A stretch of DNA of 64,000 nucleotides from Bacillota bacterium (GTDB taxonomy: Bacteria; Bacillota; JAAYKD01): assembly GCA_963666425.2 (NCBI GenBank), contig OY762825.2:1888001-1952000 (forward strand), given 5' to 3'. Positions 36,856-47,448 of the stretch are shown here, piece after piece; position 1 is the stretch's first letter; each line of letters starts with the position of its first letter. Under the pieces are notes generated by a model that worked only from the letters and a program-made list of their open reading frames with translations, was not told where the DNA came from and made no database searches. The translations under genes and the position numbers were made by a program.

Positions 36856-36882
36856 TTTTCTTCTCCTCCTCGCGGTTTTTCG

Positions 36883-37599
36883 CTATTTCACTTCGATTGT
36901 GTCACCCGGATTGGTGATACAAGTCAGCCAGCTGTAAGGGGAAATGGCATCGATAAATTTCCTGGTCAAGGGCAGCTGATTACCAAAGTGCATCGGAATC
37001 AAGCGGGTGGGATGCGTTGCTTCCGCAAATTGCAAAGCGCCGCGGTAAATATCCGTTTTCATTCTGGGATCAATGGGGAAGAAAGCGATGTCCAGCGGCA
37101 AAGTGTGCAGGCGAATCACATCCAGTTCCCGTTTGAACCAGGCGCCGGCTTCGGCAATTTCCTGTGGGGTCGATTCTTCCTGCCAATGCCAATTGTTCAA
37201 ATCGCCGGCATGGAAAATGGAAAAATCTTTTTTACGCAGATGAAAGGAGACTCCTTCGTCGGTGCTGCCATATGCGGTGATATCCAAATCGCCGATGCTG
37301 ACCGATTGACCCGGACGCAGATAGGTTGCTTCTGTTTTCAGGTTTTTTTGCGCGATATCATAGCCAAACACATAATGGATTCGGCGTTCTTTCGCCCACT
37401 CCAGGATACAGGGATTAAAATGATCGGCATGGCCATGACTTGCCAACACCGTCACATATTTAAATCCCTGTAAATCGGCGGAGCGGATCACGCCGTCGGA
37501 CAAACCTTTGCCCGGCGTATCTTTACAATAATCAATGATGACCAGGTGTTCCGGCCATTGCAGGGCAAAACCGCTGTTGTATAAATAAGTAATTTTCAT
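36883..37599 (-). CDS. Metallo-beta-lactamase fold hydrolase
   Basis: SHGHADH, FHAGDLN, IPMH. Confidence 0.9.
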   Translation of the reverse strand: MKITYLYNSGFALQWPEHLVIIDYCKDTPGKGLSDGVIRSADLQGFKYVTVLASHGHADHFNPCILEWAKERRIHYVFGYDIAQKNLKTEATYLRPGQSVSIGDLDITAYGSTDEGVSFHLRKKDFSIFHAGDLNNWHWQEESTPQEIAEAGAWFKRELDVIRLHTLPLDIAFFPIDPRMKTDIYRGALQFAEATHPTRLIPMHFGNQLPLTRKFIDAISPYSWLTCITNPGDTIEVK

Positions 37600-37614
37600 C
37601 GTGGGTTGCTCCTT

Positions 37615-40600
37615 TCATTCATTTTTCTCATTGCAAAGGGAAATATATTCGCAATGAAAACAGTTTTCCCGGCTGCATTTTTTTAAATCAGCCGCGTCCA
37701 AGCTGCGTTCAATGGCGGCAGCCAAGTCAATCGCTTCCTGCCTGGCTTTGGCCAGCGTGACCGCATCGCAGGGCACATCCCACCAGATTCCCGGGTGCAC
37801 AAAGACCAGCTGCGCGCGGGAAACCGGTTTGCCGGTCAGCTTCTCCACCGCCAGACAATAAAGCTGCAGCTGCAGATCATAGCCTTTCGCAGCGGATTGT
37901 GCTTGCGCCGCTTCGATGCGATTGGTTTTATAATCCAGTAACAGCCAACTGCCGTCTTCCTGTTCCGCCAGGAAATCGACGACCCCCTGCAGCAGAAAAC
38001 CAGGCGCCAGTAAAACCGTGAAAGGCCACTCCCGCCAGCGGACTGCTTGTGGCTGACGGAAGATTTCCCGATAGGCAGGCTGATTCTGCAGCTGCTGCAG
38101 CAGGGTTCGCGCCGATTCGCGCCGGTTGCTTTCCAGAATAAAATCGGGTTCAGCGAAGACTTGGTTCAGCAACTGCTGCAGATCGGTTTCCGGAGTCAGC
38201 AATTCACAGAGGCGATGGATCAGAGAACCGAAACGCAGCGGATCATATGGCAGCGTCTGCTGATTCAATTCCACATCGGCAGAATCGTAACCTTCTTCTT
38301 CTCTGCGATCGAGCGCATTCACCTGCCATAAATCGGGATCAGTCCCGGCAAATCCCGGCTGCGCTTCTTTCAGCCACAAACGATAGCGTAAATAATAGCT
38401 GCGGGGGCAGCGCCGGTAGAGCAGCAGGGTAGTGGCGGAAAATTTGACCAACGCGCGCGGCACAAGGGCAATCTCACGCTGCATCGCGGTTGGGATGAAA
38501 GCGGTTGTAACAGGGAAAATCATCTGCCCTGCCGCGGGTTCAGCAGGTTCATCCGGCACATCGGCAGCAGTGAGAGTTTGCTGAGATTCGTCTGACGCAT
38601 CTTCTTTTGGCAGCGCTGCTCTGGTGATACGAAAAGCATGTTCCCGCAGCGTCAGGCTTTCCGCGTCACTGCAGGCTGCCACGCGCAGCGGTTCGCTTCC
38701 CAGCCAATTGGCCAGCAGCTGCCACCAGCTGGAAGCCTCCGGTCGTTTTAGCTCACCGCCGCACAAGAGCAGATAATCTCTGGCTCGTGTCATGGCCACA
38801 TAGAGCACCCGCAGCGATTCTGCTTTGTCTTCTTGCTGCAGGCGCGTTCGGATTGTCTGACTGCGCAGGCTGCCGTTGGCGAAAGATAAACCAAGTTCGG
38901 GATGCCATAAGAGCAGATCGCGGTTTGGCAGTTCCTGCCTACGAATCAAATCGGGCAGAACCAGGACGGGAAACTCCAATCCCTTGGCGGCATGAATCGT
39001 CATCAGCCGAATGGCATTTTGCCCCTCTTCAAAGAGAGTCAACTCGCCTTCGTTTTCTTCTTGCGCCAGCTGATGGAAATAGTGCAGGCATTCTTCCAAA
39101 CCGTTGAATTCCAAGCCGCAGGCATCAAGGACCAGATTCTCAAATTTCCAAAGATTGGCCATTGCCTGTTCGCCATCCGGCAAGCCGGCAAAATATGTTT
39201 CCCATTGCAGGTCCCGGCGGATTCGCTGTAAAAGAGCGGTCAAATCAACATGCCCCTGCAGGTATCGCCAGTTCGTCAGGCGGTTTTGTGCAGTCTGCCA
39301 GGCGGCAGAAAACTGGGGAGGACCCAACCAACTGCTTTGCAGCCAGGTTTGCTGCAGCCTACGGCATTGCAGAGCATGCTCCGCCAAAGCATTGACGGGT
39401 AGGTCATTGACGGGAGCATTCAGCCAACCCCAAAGCGTAAATTCATCATCCGGATGAGCGATGGCGGCTAAACATAAGAGGATGTCTTCGATTTCCCGTC
39501 TTTGATAAAAAGAGCGGCTGCCCAGCACCAAATAAGGGATATTGCGGCGCCGTAAAGCGGCTTCATAATAAGCCATCGCTGTCCGGCTGCGAAACAGCAG
39601 GGCAATATCCGCGTAAGTGACCGCTTGGGCAGCTTCAGTGCCATCGGTCTCGTGCTGCCAGACCAGCTGCTCTTTTTGCACTACCATTTGCTGCAGCCGA
39701 TCTGCCAGAGTATCGGCTTCCAGACGACGGAATTCTTCTGCATTGCCGCCGGCTGATAGCAGCAGTTCCAATTGAACAGTTGCCGAGGGCAGCTGACGGG
39801 CAGCGATCATCGGTTCATAAGTTGGCATCAAAGGAGTAAAGAAAGCATTGATCAGGGCGATGATCTGCTCGCCGCTGCGGTAATTGCTGCGCAAATGCTT
39901 GTGACCGGGCAGCAAAGATGGCTGCAAAGCAACGGCAATTTCATCGGAAAGGCGATGAAACAGCTCTACAATCGCGCCGCGAAAGCCATAGATGGATTGC
40001 TGTGCATCACCGGCAATGAAGAGGCTGCGTGCCAGGCTGGTATTGTTCAGCAAGGATAAGAAAGCATATTGACCGTAATTGGTATCCTGAAATTCATCAA
40101 TTAAGAAAGCCTGATATCGCTGCTGCAGGCTGGCAAGAATCTGCGGATGATCCTGCAGCAACTGCAGTGATTTCGCTTCCAAATCAGCGAAATCCAAAGC
40201 AATCGTCTTGCTTTTGGCTTGGCTGAAGAGTTGCTCTGCTGTTTGCAGCAGACGGAGCAGGGAGACATAATAGGGCTGCAGCCAGCTTTCATAAAGCAGA
40301 TTGAGCGTGAGGCTCAGTTTGCTTTGCCGGATGAGTTCGTCACTGAGCAGTAAATTCTTGCTGGGTTTGACTTTACCGGTTGTCGTCAGGTCATTACAGA
40401 GATCGATGCTGTCCTGCAGCCAAGCAGCAACATCCCCAAAGTCGGCGCTGGCAAAATCGATCTGTTTGAAGTCCTGCAAGCGCTCCATCAGCTTTGACCA
40501 TGATTTTAAGACAGCGGTACCGCGCTGATCAAATTGCGGCTGAGCGGAGCGAAGCAACTGGACGGCAGCAGCGAAATCGGCCTGGATTTGCCGGGGATCC

Positions 40601-41187
40601 TCCGGCGCCGCCGCAGAGACTTGCGCTAATTGCTGCAAAGTGACTCCCTTATTGCGCATCTGCTGATAAAAACTGCATAACTCCGGGATCAGCTGATAAG
40701 GAGAATGCTGTAAGAGCAGCAATTCCAGTCCGGTGGCTTTGCTTTGCAGTGTTTGTTCCAAAGCACCGCGCATGGCTTCCTGCAAGAGGCGGTTGCTCTG
40801 CCATTCCTCCATCACATTGAAATTGGGGTCCAGACCGGCTTCCAGGGGATTGGCGCGCAGCAGACTGCTGCAAAAACCATGGATGGTGGTGATATTGGCA
40901 GTGGGCAGTAACAGCAGCAAGTGCGAAAGCTGCAGTTGCTTGGCTGTATCGTTTGTCTCCGTCAGGCTGCGGCGCAGCTCCTGACCAACCCGTTCCCGCA
41001 TTTCTGCCGCGGCCTTACGGGTAAAAGTAATGGCAACGATCTGATCGATGGCCAAACCGGCTTGCAGAAGATTGAGGAAGCGGTTGACTAGCACCCGTGT
41101 TTTGCCGGCGCCCGCACCGGCGGTGAGCACCAGTGACTGTGCCACCTGCTCCGCAGCGTATTTCTGATCTTCCGATAAAACGCTCAT
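37615..41187 (-). CDS. addA: UvrD-type helicase-nuclease, AddA-like
   Basis: Walker A AGAGAGKT, ITFTRKAA, IDEFQD, QSIYGFRGA, MTIHAAKGLEF, YVAMTRA; nuclease GVVDFL..DYKT..QLQLY. Confidence 0.9.
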   Translation of the reverse strand: MSVLSEDQKYAAEQVAQSLVLTAGAGAGKTRVLVNRFLNLLQAGLAIDQIVAITFTRKAAAEMRERVGQELRRSLTETNDTAKQLQLSHLLLLLPTANITTIHGFCSSLLRANPLEAGLDPNFNVMEEWQSNRLLQEAMRGALEQTLQSKATGLELLLLQHSPYQLIPELCSFYQQMRNKGVTLQQLAQVSAAAPEDPRQIQADFAAAVQLLRSAQPQFDQRGTAVLKSWSKLMERLQDFKQIDFASADFGDVAAWLQDSIDLCNDLTTTGKVKPSKNLLLSDELIRQSKLSLTLNLLYESWLQPYYVSLLRLLQTAEQLFSQAKSKTIALDFADLEAKSLQLLQDHPQILASLQQRYQAFLIDEFQDTNYGQYAFLSLLNNTSLARSLFIAGDAQQSIYGFRGAIVELFHRLSDEIAVALQPSLLPGHKHLRSNYRSGEQIIALINAFFTPLMPTYEPMIAARQLPSATVQLELLLSAGGNAEEFRRLEADTLADRLQQMVVQKEQLVWQHETDGTEAAQAVTYADIALLFRSRTAMAYYEAALRRRNIPYLVLGSRSFYQRREIEDILLCLAAIAHPDDEFTLWGWLNAPVNDLPVNALAEHALQCRRLQQTWLQSSWLGPPQFSAAWQTAQNRLTNWRYLQGHVDLTALLQRIRRDLQWETYFAGLPDGEQAMANLWKFENLVLDACGLEFNGLEECLHYFHQLAQEENEGELTLFEEGQNAIRLMTIHAAKGLEFPVLVLPDLIRRQELPNRDLLLWHPELGLSFANGSLRSQTIRTRLQQEDKAESLRVLYVAMTRARDYLLLCGGELKRPEASSWWQLLANWLGSEPLRVAACSDAESLTLREHAFRITRAALPKEDASDESQQTLTAADVPDEPAEPAAGQMIFPVTTAFIPTAMQREIALVPRALVKFSATTLLLYRRCPRSYYLRYRLWLKEAQPGFAGTDPDLWQVNALDRREEEGYDSADVELNQQTLPYDPLRFGSLIHRLCELLTPETDLQQLLNQVFAEPDFILESNRRESARTLLQQLQNQPAYREIFRQPQAVRWREWPFTVLLAPGFLLQGVVDFLAEQEDGSWLLLDYKTNRIEAAQAQSAAKGYDLQLQLYCLAVEKLTGKPVSRAQLVFVHPGIWWDVPCDAVTLAKARQEAIDLAAAIERSLDAADLKKCSRENCFHCEYISLCNEKNE

Positions 41188-44027
41188 CAGATCGCCTCCC
41201 TTCGACAGACGGCAAGGTAGCTGCAATTGCTGCAGGTTTCTTTTTTCTTGGGTTTTGCTGTAAAATTGCCGAGACTAATCTGTCGGTCAATCTCCGCCAA
41301 GAGAGCGAGCGTCTCCGCCTGTAAGGTTTGCCAGTTTTCCTGATTGGCAGCTTCCACTAATTTCGGTTGGCCGTCGCTGCCTTTGCCGGGAAAATAATAG
41401 GCAGCCGACAGCGCTTTTTCCGGTCTGAGCGCCTGCCAGACTAACATATAGCAGAGCAGCTGCACATCTTCCAGCGGCTGCGTTTTCAGAATCTGATAAT
41501 TCTCGGCCCGACCGCTCTTATAATCATAGAGCAAAACCTCCGCTTGACCGCTGCTGCTTTGACGCAAATCGACCCGATCGATTTTACCATGCAGTGGGTA
41601 GCGGCAGCCGGGCAAGCGCAGCAAAGCGGCGGGATCATCACCAAATTTCCATTCTTGTAAGAAGGGTCTTGCTTGTTTTTGCTGAAAAAGAGCGGCTTCT
41701 TCTGTTAGCCAAGTGATCATCAGCCGCAGGAAACGCTGTCCTTCCGCCTGCCAAAGCAACGGTGTACTTTCCAACAACTCCGGTTTCTGCCAGAGTTTCT
41801 CTACAATCGGCGCAATCAATTGACGGCAGGCTGCCAAATCGGGAGGGGATGCGGTATAAAGCGGCTGCTGCCAGGCCTTGGTCAGCTCCTCCAGAATGCG
41901 ATGCATCAGAGTCCCCCGATCCAGGGCAGACAATGCGTTCTCAGTGGCCTGAGGCTGCTGCAGCTGCAGCAGATAATTAAGAAAATAAGCGTAAGGACAA
42001 TCCTGGTAACGCAGATAAGAGGAAGGTGAATTGATTAAATCAAGCGGGATCAAAGCGGGGTCAAAATGCAAAGCCTCTACTTTTTCCGCCTGACGCGGCT
42101 GCCGGGCACGTTCTGCCTGTTTTGCTTCCGTGATTGAGACAGTATCTGCCAGGGCAACCTCATAGGGAGAAGCGGGTATGCTTTGAATGCGATAGGCTTC
42201 CGGAAAAGCAAGCTGTAAATGCAGTAAATAAGGCGATGGCGATAAGGCTTCACCGCTGTTGGAGCGCAGGCTATAAGAGAGCAGCAGCTGCTCTTTTGCC
42301 ATCTGCAGACAGCCGCGGAATAAGGCTTCTTCTTTGGCGATCAATCCGCTGATCTCTGGTACAATGAAGCCGCAGGCTCTCAATTCTCGTTTGCTTTCCT
42401 CCTCCAAAATCCAATCGGAAACCGGATAGCGGGGGAAGACGGCGTCATTCAGACCGAGCAGAGCCACTCCGTAAAAATGCTGCCCTCTCAGGGAAGAAGG
42501 GCTGCCCAAACGCACGCCGGCCGGATGACCGAACGGTATCGTCAGCTGAATTCCTTTTAAGATGGTTTTCAGCTCGCTGATATATTCGGCTAAAGTCCAG
42601 CTGCCGTTCTCGAGCAGCAGCGGTGCGGTTGCGGAAAGCTGCTGCATGGCTTGCAGAAAACCCTGCCAGGCAGCCCGCTGCCGTTTCTCCTGCAGCAGGA
42701 AATCCGCTTCCAACAGATCGATCTCTGCTAAGCGATGCAGGTTTTGATCGATTCGGCGGCTTTGCATCAAGTGCAGAATGGCTTCACGGAATTGCTCCGG
42801 TGTGGCGGTTGTGGGCAACTGCGCCAAATCCTGCTGCCATTGCTCTAAATACCTGCGTCCATCCGTAAAAAAAGCCGATGGCAGGATCAGAAAATTGAGC
42901 GCATCCTCTTCCTTGCTCTTTTGTAAGGCGGCTAAGCGGCTGTTGCGGCGCTCAGCTGCTGCCAGACGCGCGAACCAGGCGTCCCAATCACCGGAGAGGC
43001 CCTCGGCACGCCAAAGGCCGGCCAAACGCTGCGCCAAATCAGCTTCTTGGTTGAGCAGCGGCTGCCGCAGTAAAAGCGTCAGATTGAATTGATGCAAGGA
43101 TGCAGCGGCATCCAAGAGCGTCAGCATGGCCTGACAGAAAGGCTGCCGGTTGATCGCTTCCCGGGCAACGCAGCTAAAGGGCAGCGAAGCATCCTGCAGC
43201 GCTTCCATCAGCAAAGGAAAATAAATCGTTTCATCGCGCACCGCCAAACACCAATCCTGCGGCGCGATGCCTTCGGTCAGAGATTGTTTGACACGGCGGA
43301 CCATCTCCCTGGTTTCCCGGCGCAAATCCGGCGCCGCAAAGAAATGCAAGTCCGGTGGGGATTTCCACTGCGCTAAAGCGGGCGGTTCGCTGCAATCAAC
43401 CGCACGGTTGGCTGCCAGCTCCTGCAGTTTCTGTAGGAGCGCTTGTTCTGACTTGTTGAGGTGATAGAGGTAACTTCCTTCTAAAGCCTTTAAATTGCGA
43501 AATAGAGCAGGTATTTCGCCATTCTGCAGCAAATTGAGCAGCAAAAGAGGCTGATCGGCAGCATCGATACAGCCGATGGATTTTTTTCTTTTTTCATATG
43601 CGGTATAGACCGTCGCCAGATCAGTTAAACGTCCTGAATGGACAGCGGCAGCCGCCAGCGTCAGCTGTCGGCAGTCAATACCGTTTTCCTTACAGGTGGT
43701 GATGCTGCGCAGCAAGGACTGGGCAAGACCTTTTTGCTGATCATTAAACTGAAAAGAACGCAGCAAATTCTGCTTGCGCAGTGATTTCAGCAAATCAAGC
43801 AGAATCAGCTCCTGTTCGCGCGGTAAGAGCAGCCGCTCGGTTTGCCCGGCATCCTGCAGCAAACGGGTGGTCAATTGTGCCAGGGTGAAAATGAAACGGG
43901 GGGTTCCCGGTTCCGGGTGACCCAAGCCATCGGCAGCCAGGTGATTTTGAATTTGCAAAATCAGATCCGTTGTCGGCAGCAGGAAGCCGGTATCAGCTAA
44001 AGGGATCCATGGAAAGTGACAGATCAT
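41187..44027 (-). CDS. addB: PD-(D/E)XK nuclease with degenerate helicase domain, AddB-like
   Basis: GLNDAVFP, CPYAYF, RGTLMH, GKIDRVD..DYKSG..QLLCY, CSNCSYLAVC; TGATG overlap with addA. Confidence 0.85.
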   Translation of the reverse strand: MICHFPWIPLADTGFLLPTTDLILQIQNHLAADGLGHPEPGTPRFIFTLAQLTTRLLQDAGQTERLLLPREQELILLDLLKSLRKQNLLRSFQFNDQQKGLAQSLLRSITTCKENGIDCRQLTLAAAAVHSGRLTDLATVYTAYEKRKKSIGCIDAADQPLLLLNLLQNGEIPALFRNLKALEGSYLYHLNKSEQALLQKLQELAANRAVDCSEPPALAQWKSPPDLHFFAAPDLRRETREMVRRVKQSLTEGIAPQDWCLAVRDETIYFPLLMEALQDASLPFSCVAREAINRQPFCQAMLTLLDAAASLHQFNLTLLLRQPLLNQEADLAQRLAGLWRAEGLSGDWDAWFARLAAAERRNSRLAALQKSKEEDALNFLILPSAFFTDGRRYLEQWQQDLAQLPTTATPEQFREAILHLMQSRRIDQNLHRLAEIDLLEADFLLQEKRQRAAWQGFLQAMQQLSATAPLLLENGSWTLAEYISELKTILKGIQLTIPFGHPAGVRLGSPSSLRGQHFYGVALLGLNDAVFPRYPVSDWILEEESKRELRACGFIVPEISGLIAKEEALFRGCLQMAKEQLLLSYSLRSNSGEALSPSPYLLHLQLAFPEAYRIQSIPASPYEVALADTVSITEAKQAERARQPRQAEKVEALHFDPALIPLDLINSPSSYLRYQDCPYAYFLNYLLQLQQPQATENALSALDRGTLMHRILEELTKAWQQPLYTASPPDLAACRQLIAPIVEKLWQKPELLESTPLLWQAEGQRFLRLMITWLTEEAALFQQKQARPFLQEWKFGDDPAALLRLPGCRYPLHGKIDRVDLRQSSSGQAEVLLYDYKSGRAENYQILKTQPLEDVQLLCYMLVWQALRPEKALSAAYYFPGKGSDGQPKLVEAANQENWQTLQAETLALLAEIDRQISLGNFTAKPKKKETCSNCSYLAVCRREAI

Positions 44028-44240
44028 GCCAAAACACCTCATCAATCCATTCTTTTCTGCTCTGGTCTTTGCTCGATTCATCATTTAATGCATATTTCCA
44101 CAATGATTGCAGGGATCCCTTGTCGTGGTTTGCAGGATTTAGCTGCGCTGAATTTTCCGCTTGTAAGTGCTCTGCAGGTGTGATATATTACGGTTTATGA
44201 AAAGTGTTCGAAACGATTGACATTGAAGGAGGTGCCAGAT

Positions 44241-45728
44241 TTGATACGCAAGGGTTTTGATAATGATCTGTATATTGAGCGGCAGTCACGGGAAATCCGC
44301 AATCGAATTGAGAAATTTGGCGGCAAACTCTATCTGGAATTTGGCGGCAAACTGTTTGACGATTACCATGCAGCCAGAGTACTGCCCGGTTTCAAACCGG
44401 ACAGCAAATTGCAAATGCTCAAATCCATCAATGATCAAGTGGAAATCATCGTTGTGATCAAAGCCGGGGATATTGAGAGCAATAAAATCAGAGGTGATTT
44501 GGGCATCACCTATGATGCGGATGTGCTGCGTCTGATCGACGCGTTCCGCGGCATTGGTTTGTATGTGGGCAGCGTTGTCATCACGCAGTTCAATGGACAG
44601 GCTGCGGCAAAACTGTTTAAGCGTCAACTGAATCGGCTGGGAGTGCCGGTGTTTTTGCACTACAGTATCGAAGGATATCCACTGAACGTTTCGCATATCG
44701 TCAGCGACAATGGCTTTGGCCGCAATGAATACATTGAAACCAGTCGGCCTTTGGTGGTTGTTACCGCACCCGGACCGGGCAGCGGTAAAATGGCAACCTG
44801 TTTATCGCAGCTGTATCACGAACATAAGCGCGGCTGCATCGCCGGCTATGCAAAATTTGAAACATTCCCGATCTGGAACCTGCCGTTAAAACATCCGATC
44901 AATTTGGCGTACGAAGCGGCTACGGTCAATCTCAACGATGTCAATATGATCGACCCTTATCATTTGGATGCTTATGGCATTACGACGGTCAACTATAATC
45001 GCGATGTGGAAGTTTTTCCGGTCCTGCGCACCATGTTTGAAAGAATCAGCGGCGAGTGCCCTTATAAATCTCCCACCGATATGGGGGTCAATATGGCAGG
45101 ATTCTGTATCTTTGATGACCAGGCGGTCAGTGCTGCTGCCAAGGACGAAATCATCCGTCGCTATTATGAGATAGCCGCTTTGCGCCGCAAAGGTGCTCTG
45201 CCGGAAGAAGCGATGCATAAGATTGAACTGCTGATGAATCAGGCGAACGTTACTTTGAATGATCGGCCTGTGGTCACTGCCGCGTTGAAACGCTCGAAAG
45301 AAACGCAGAATCAACCGGCGATGGCAATTGAGCTGCCGGATGGACGAATTGTGACCGGTAAAACTTCCGAACTGCTGGGCGCTTCCTCGGCAGCCTTGCT
45401 CAATGCCATCAAAGCGCTGAGCAATGTCAAGAAAGAGATCAAATTGATTGAACCGGAAGTCATCCGCCCCATCCAAACGCTGAAAACGGGGATCATGGGA
45501 GATCAGAACCCCCGTCTGCACAGCGATGAAGTCCTGATTGCCTTATCGATCAGTGCGGTCAGCAGCGAAGCGGCCAGAACGGCTGTCGGTAAACTGCCGG
45601 AACTGCATGGCTGCGAAGCGCATTCCACGGTGCTGCTATCTCAGGTTGATGAGACAGTCTACCGGAAATTAGGTTTGAATCTGACCTGTGAACCGATTTA
45701 CAGCAGCAATAAACTCTATCATAAATAA
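44241..45728 (+). CDS. DUF1846 (UPF0371) family protein
   Basis: KLYLEFGGKLFDDYHAARVLPGF, TAPGPGSGKMATCLSQLYHE, YAKFETFPIWN. Confidence 0.92.
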   Translation: MIRKGFDNDLYIERQSREIRNRIEKFGGKLYLEFGGKLFDDYHAARVLPGFKPDSKLQMLKSINDQVEIIVVIKAGDIESNKIRGDLGITYDADVLRLIDAFRGIGLYVGSVVITQFNGQAAAKLFKRQLNRLGVPVFLHYSIEGYPLNVSHIVSDNGFGRNEYIETSRPLVVVTAPGPGSGKMATCLSQLYHEHKRGCIAGYAKFETFPIWNLPLKHPINLAYEAATVNLNDVNMIDPYHLDAYGITTVNYNRDVEVFPVLRTMFERISGECPYKSPTDMGVNMAGFCIFDDQAVSAAAKDEIIRRYYEIAALRRKGALPEEAMHKIELLMNQANVTLNDRPVVTAALKRSKETQNQPAMAIELPDGRIVTGKTSELLGASSAALLNAIKALSNVKKEIKLIEPEVIRPIQTLKTGIMGDQNPRLHSDEVLIALSISAVSSEAARTAVGKLPELHGCEAHSTVLLSQVDETVYRKLGLNLTCEPIYSSNKLYHK

Positions 45729-45730
45729 AT

Positions 45731-45776
45731 AAAACGGAGCCGCGGCAAACTCAAAAATGCCGTGGCTCCGTTTTTG
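45731..45776. terminator. Bidirectional terminator
   Basis: aaaacggagccgcggca...tgccgtggctccgtttt between convergent genes. Confidence 0.75.
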
Positions 45777-45782
45777 TTCTGC

Positions 45783-47057
45783 CTATTTACTTGGTTGATC
45801 ATATTTCCGAAAGGCCCACCAATAAAAGACCGAGGCGGCGAAGTAGAGGGCGCAGGTAAAATAATACGGCGAAGAATTACCCCAAGCATCCATCATGATA
45901 CCACCCAGAATCTGACTGGCGCTGCGTGCCAGCGAATCCCCCATGTTCATGGTGGAACTTGCCGTGGCCCGCATATCGCTTGGTACAATCTCCATGGCAA
46001 AAGAAGTGGAAATCGGGGAGGACATATTCATTAAAGCCGTGCGGACCCAATAGAGAATGGTTACGACGATGATGTTGGGAGCCAGAGAAATGGTCAGCAA
46101 AGCCGGAATGGAAAGCACCTGCGTGATCAGGACGGAATTGATCCGGCCGAGTTTCCGCACCAGCCAGGGGCTGCAGAGAACCGCTCCGGTTAAAGCAACC
46201 CGGGAACCCATGGTAATAAAGCTGATTTCTCCGGCAGAAGCGCCTAAGGAATCGCTTAAGAAGACATTGAAAAAGGAGACGGTCATGCCGGCGCCGGCGC
46301 CGATCATAAAGCGATAGATCGTCAGATTGCGCAAATTTTGATCTTTGACAATGGTTGTCAGATCGGAAAAGACGTTGTGACGTTTGGAGGGTTGGAAGTT
46401 ATCTTCTTTCACCATGGCCATCGGGATGGCGGACAAGGCTAAGAAAATCGTCGAAAAAGCCAGGGCTAAGCGGAGCTGTGATACTTCCAAAAAATCAGTC
46501 CAACCCATTGCCTGCGCAAAAAAGGCCAAGAGCATGGGAAACACGCCGGCTAAAGCGGAGCCGCCCACGGAAGCGACGGTTTGTAAGGCTTGGTTGACGG
46601 AGAAAAGATGGATGCGTTCTTCCGGTTTGCTGTTTTCCATCAGAAAGGGATTCTGCACCACCGCTTTGAAAGTAGAACCGATACCCTTGGAAAAACTGAC
46701 AAAGAGCAGGATGGCTGGGTTTAAAAAGGTGACTTCAGCCAACGTTGCAATGGTGTTCAGGCCAATCGACCACATGACTGATTTTTTGCGGCCGACCCGA
46801 TCGGCAATTACCCCGATAGGAATTGCGGCAATCGCCGCTGCCAAGGTGTTCATGGCCATATAAGTGCCGATGTAGGATTTACTGAAACCGAGCTTTAAAA
46901 AGTAAACATTCAGAATCGTGGAACCAACACCCAGGCAAATTTGAGTGGAAGCGTGACTGAGCAGGAATAGTTTGGCATTGCGGCTGAAAGAACGGATTTT
47001 ACTAAAATAGCTGCTGCCGTCGTCAAACTGTGCCTGATCTGAGGGACTGACTGACAT
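45783..47057 (-). CDS. MFS transporter
   Basis: About 12 hydrophobic segments; motif A GVIADRVGRK; GGAGG RBS before ATG 47057. Confidence 0.92.
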   Translation of the reverse strand: MSVSPSDQAQFDDGSSYFSKIRSFSRNAKLFLLSHASTQICLGVGSTILNVYFLKLGFSKSYIGTYMAMNTLAAAIAAIPIGVIADRVGRKKSVMWSIGLNTIATLAEVTFLNPAILLFVSFSKGIGSTFKAVVQNPFLMENSKPEERIHLFSVNQALQTVASVGGSALAGVFPMLLAFFAQAMGWTDFLEVSQLRLALAFSTIFLALSAIPMAMVKEDNFQPSKRHNVFSDLTTIVKDQNLRNLTIYRFMIGAGAGMTVSFFNVFLSDSLGASAGEISFITMGSRVALTGAVLCSPWLVRKLGRINSVLITQVLSIPALLTISLAPNIIVVTILYWVRTALMNMSSPISTSFAMEIVPSDMRATASSTMNMGDSLARSASQILGGIMMDAWGNSSPYYFTCALYFAASVFYWWAFRKYDQPSK

Positions 47058-47288
47058 GAAAAAACCTCCTATACCATCAGCCGATCGCAGGAAGCGCCCT
47101 GGATCCGCCAAAAAGATATCGAATAAATAGTGATTCGAAAAAACAGAGCGGCGATCAAAGCCGCGCTATGCTGATTAATTAGTTCGCTACACGAAACGAA
47201 AAACCTTTTCCACAGCGGACAAATTCAATATCCAACATCAGCCTTCTCAGTGCTACCGCAATTTATAGGAAAATACCGGGCTATTCAC

Positions 47289-47317
47289 TTGCTAAAAAGA
47301 TGAAAATAAGGTATACT
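47289..47317 (+). promoter_or_regulatory. Sigma-A promoter of tRNA-Asp
   Basis: TTGCTA-N17-TATACT. Confidence 0.7.
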
Positions 47318-47337
47318 GTTTTCTGTTCAAGCAATAT

Positions 47338-47414
47338 GGAACTGTGGTGTAGCGGCCTAACATGCCTGCCTGTCACGCAGGAGATCGACGGTTCAAATCC
47401 GTTCAGTTCCGCCA
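47338..47414 (+). tRNA. tRNA-Asp (GTC)
   Basis: Cloverleaf: acceptor GGAACTG/CAGTTCC, anticodon arm CCTGC-CTGTCAC-GCAGG, T-loop TTCAAAT, discriminator G, encoded CCA. Confidence 0.97.
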
Positions 47415-47448
47415 AAAACGCTCAAGGTTGAAAAACCTTGGGCGTTTT
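47415..47448 (+). terminator. Terminator after tRNA-Asp
   Basis: aaaacgctcaaggtt...aaccttgggcgtttt. Confidence 0.75.

Noticed and set aside
37615-44027. Helicase-nuclease pair as an anti-phage defence or Cas4 system
   Set aside because: Size, order and motifs fit housekeeping AddAB, and the neighbours are housekeeping genes.
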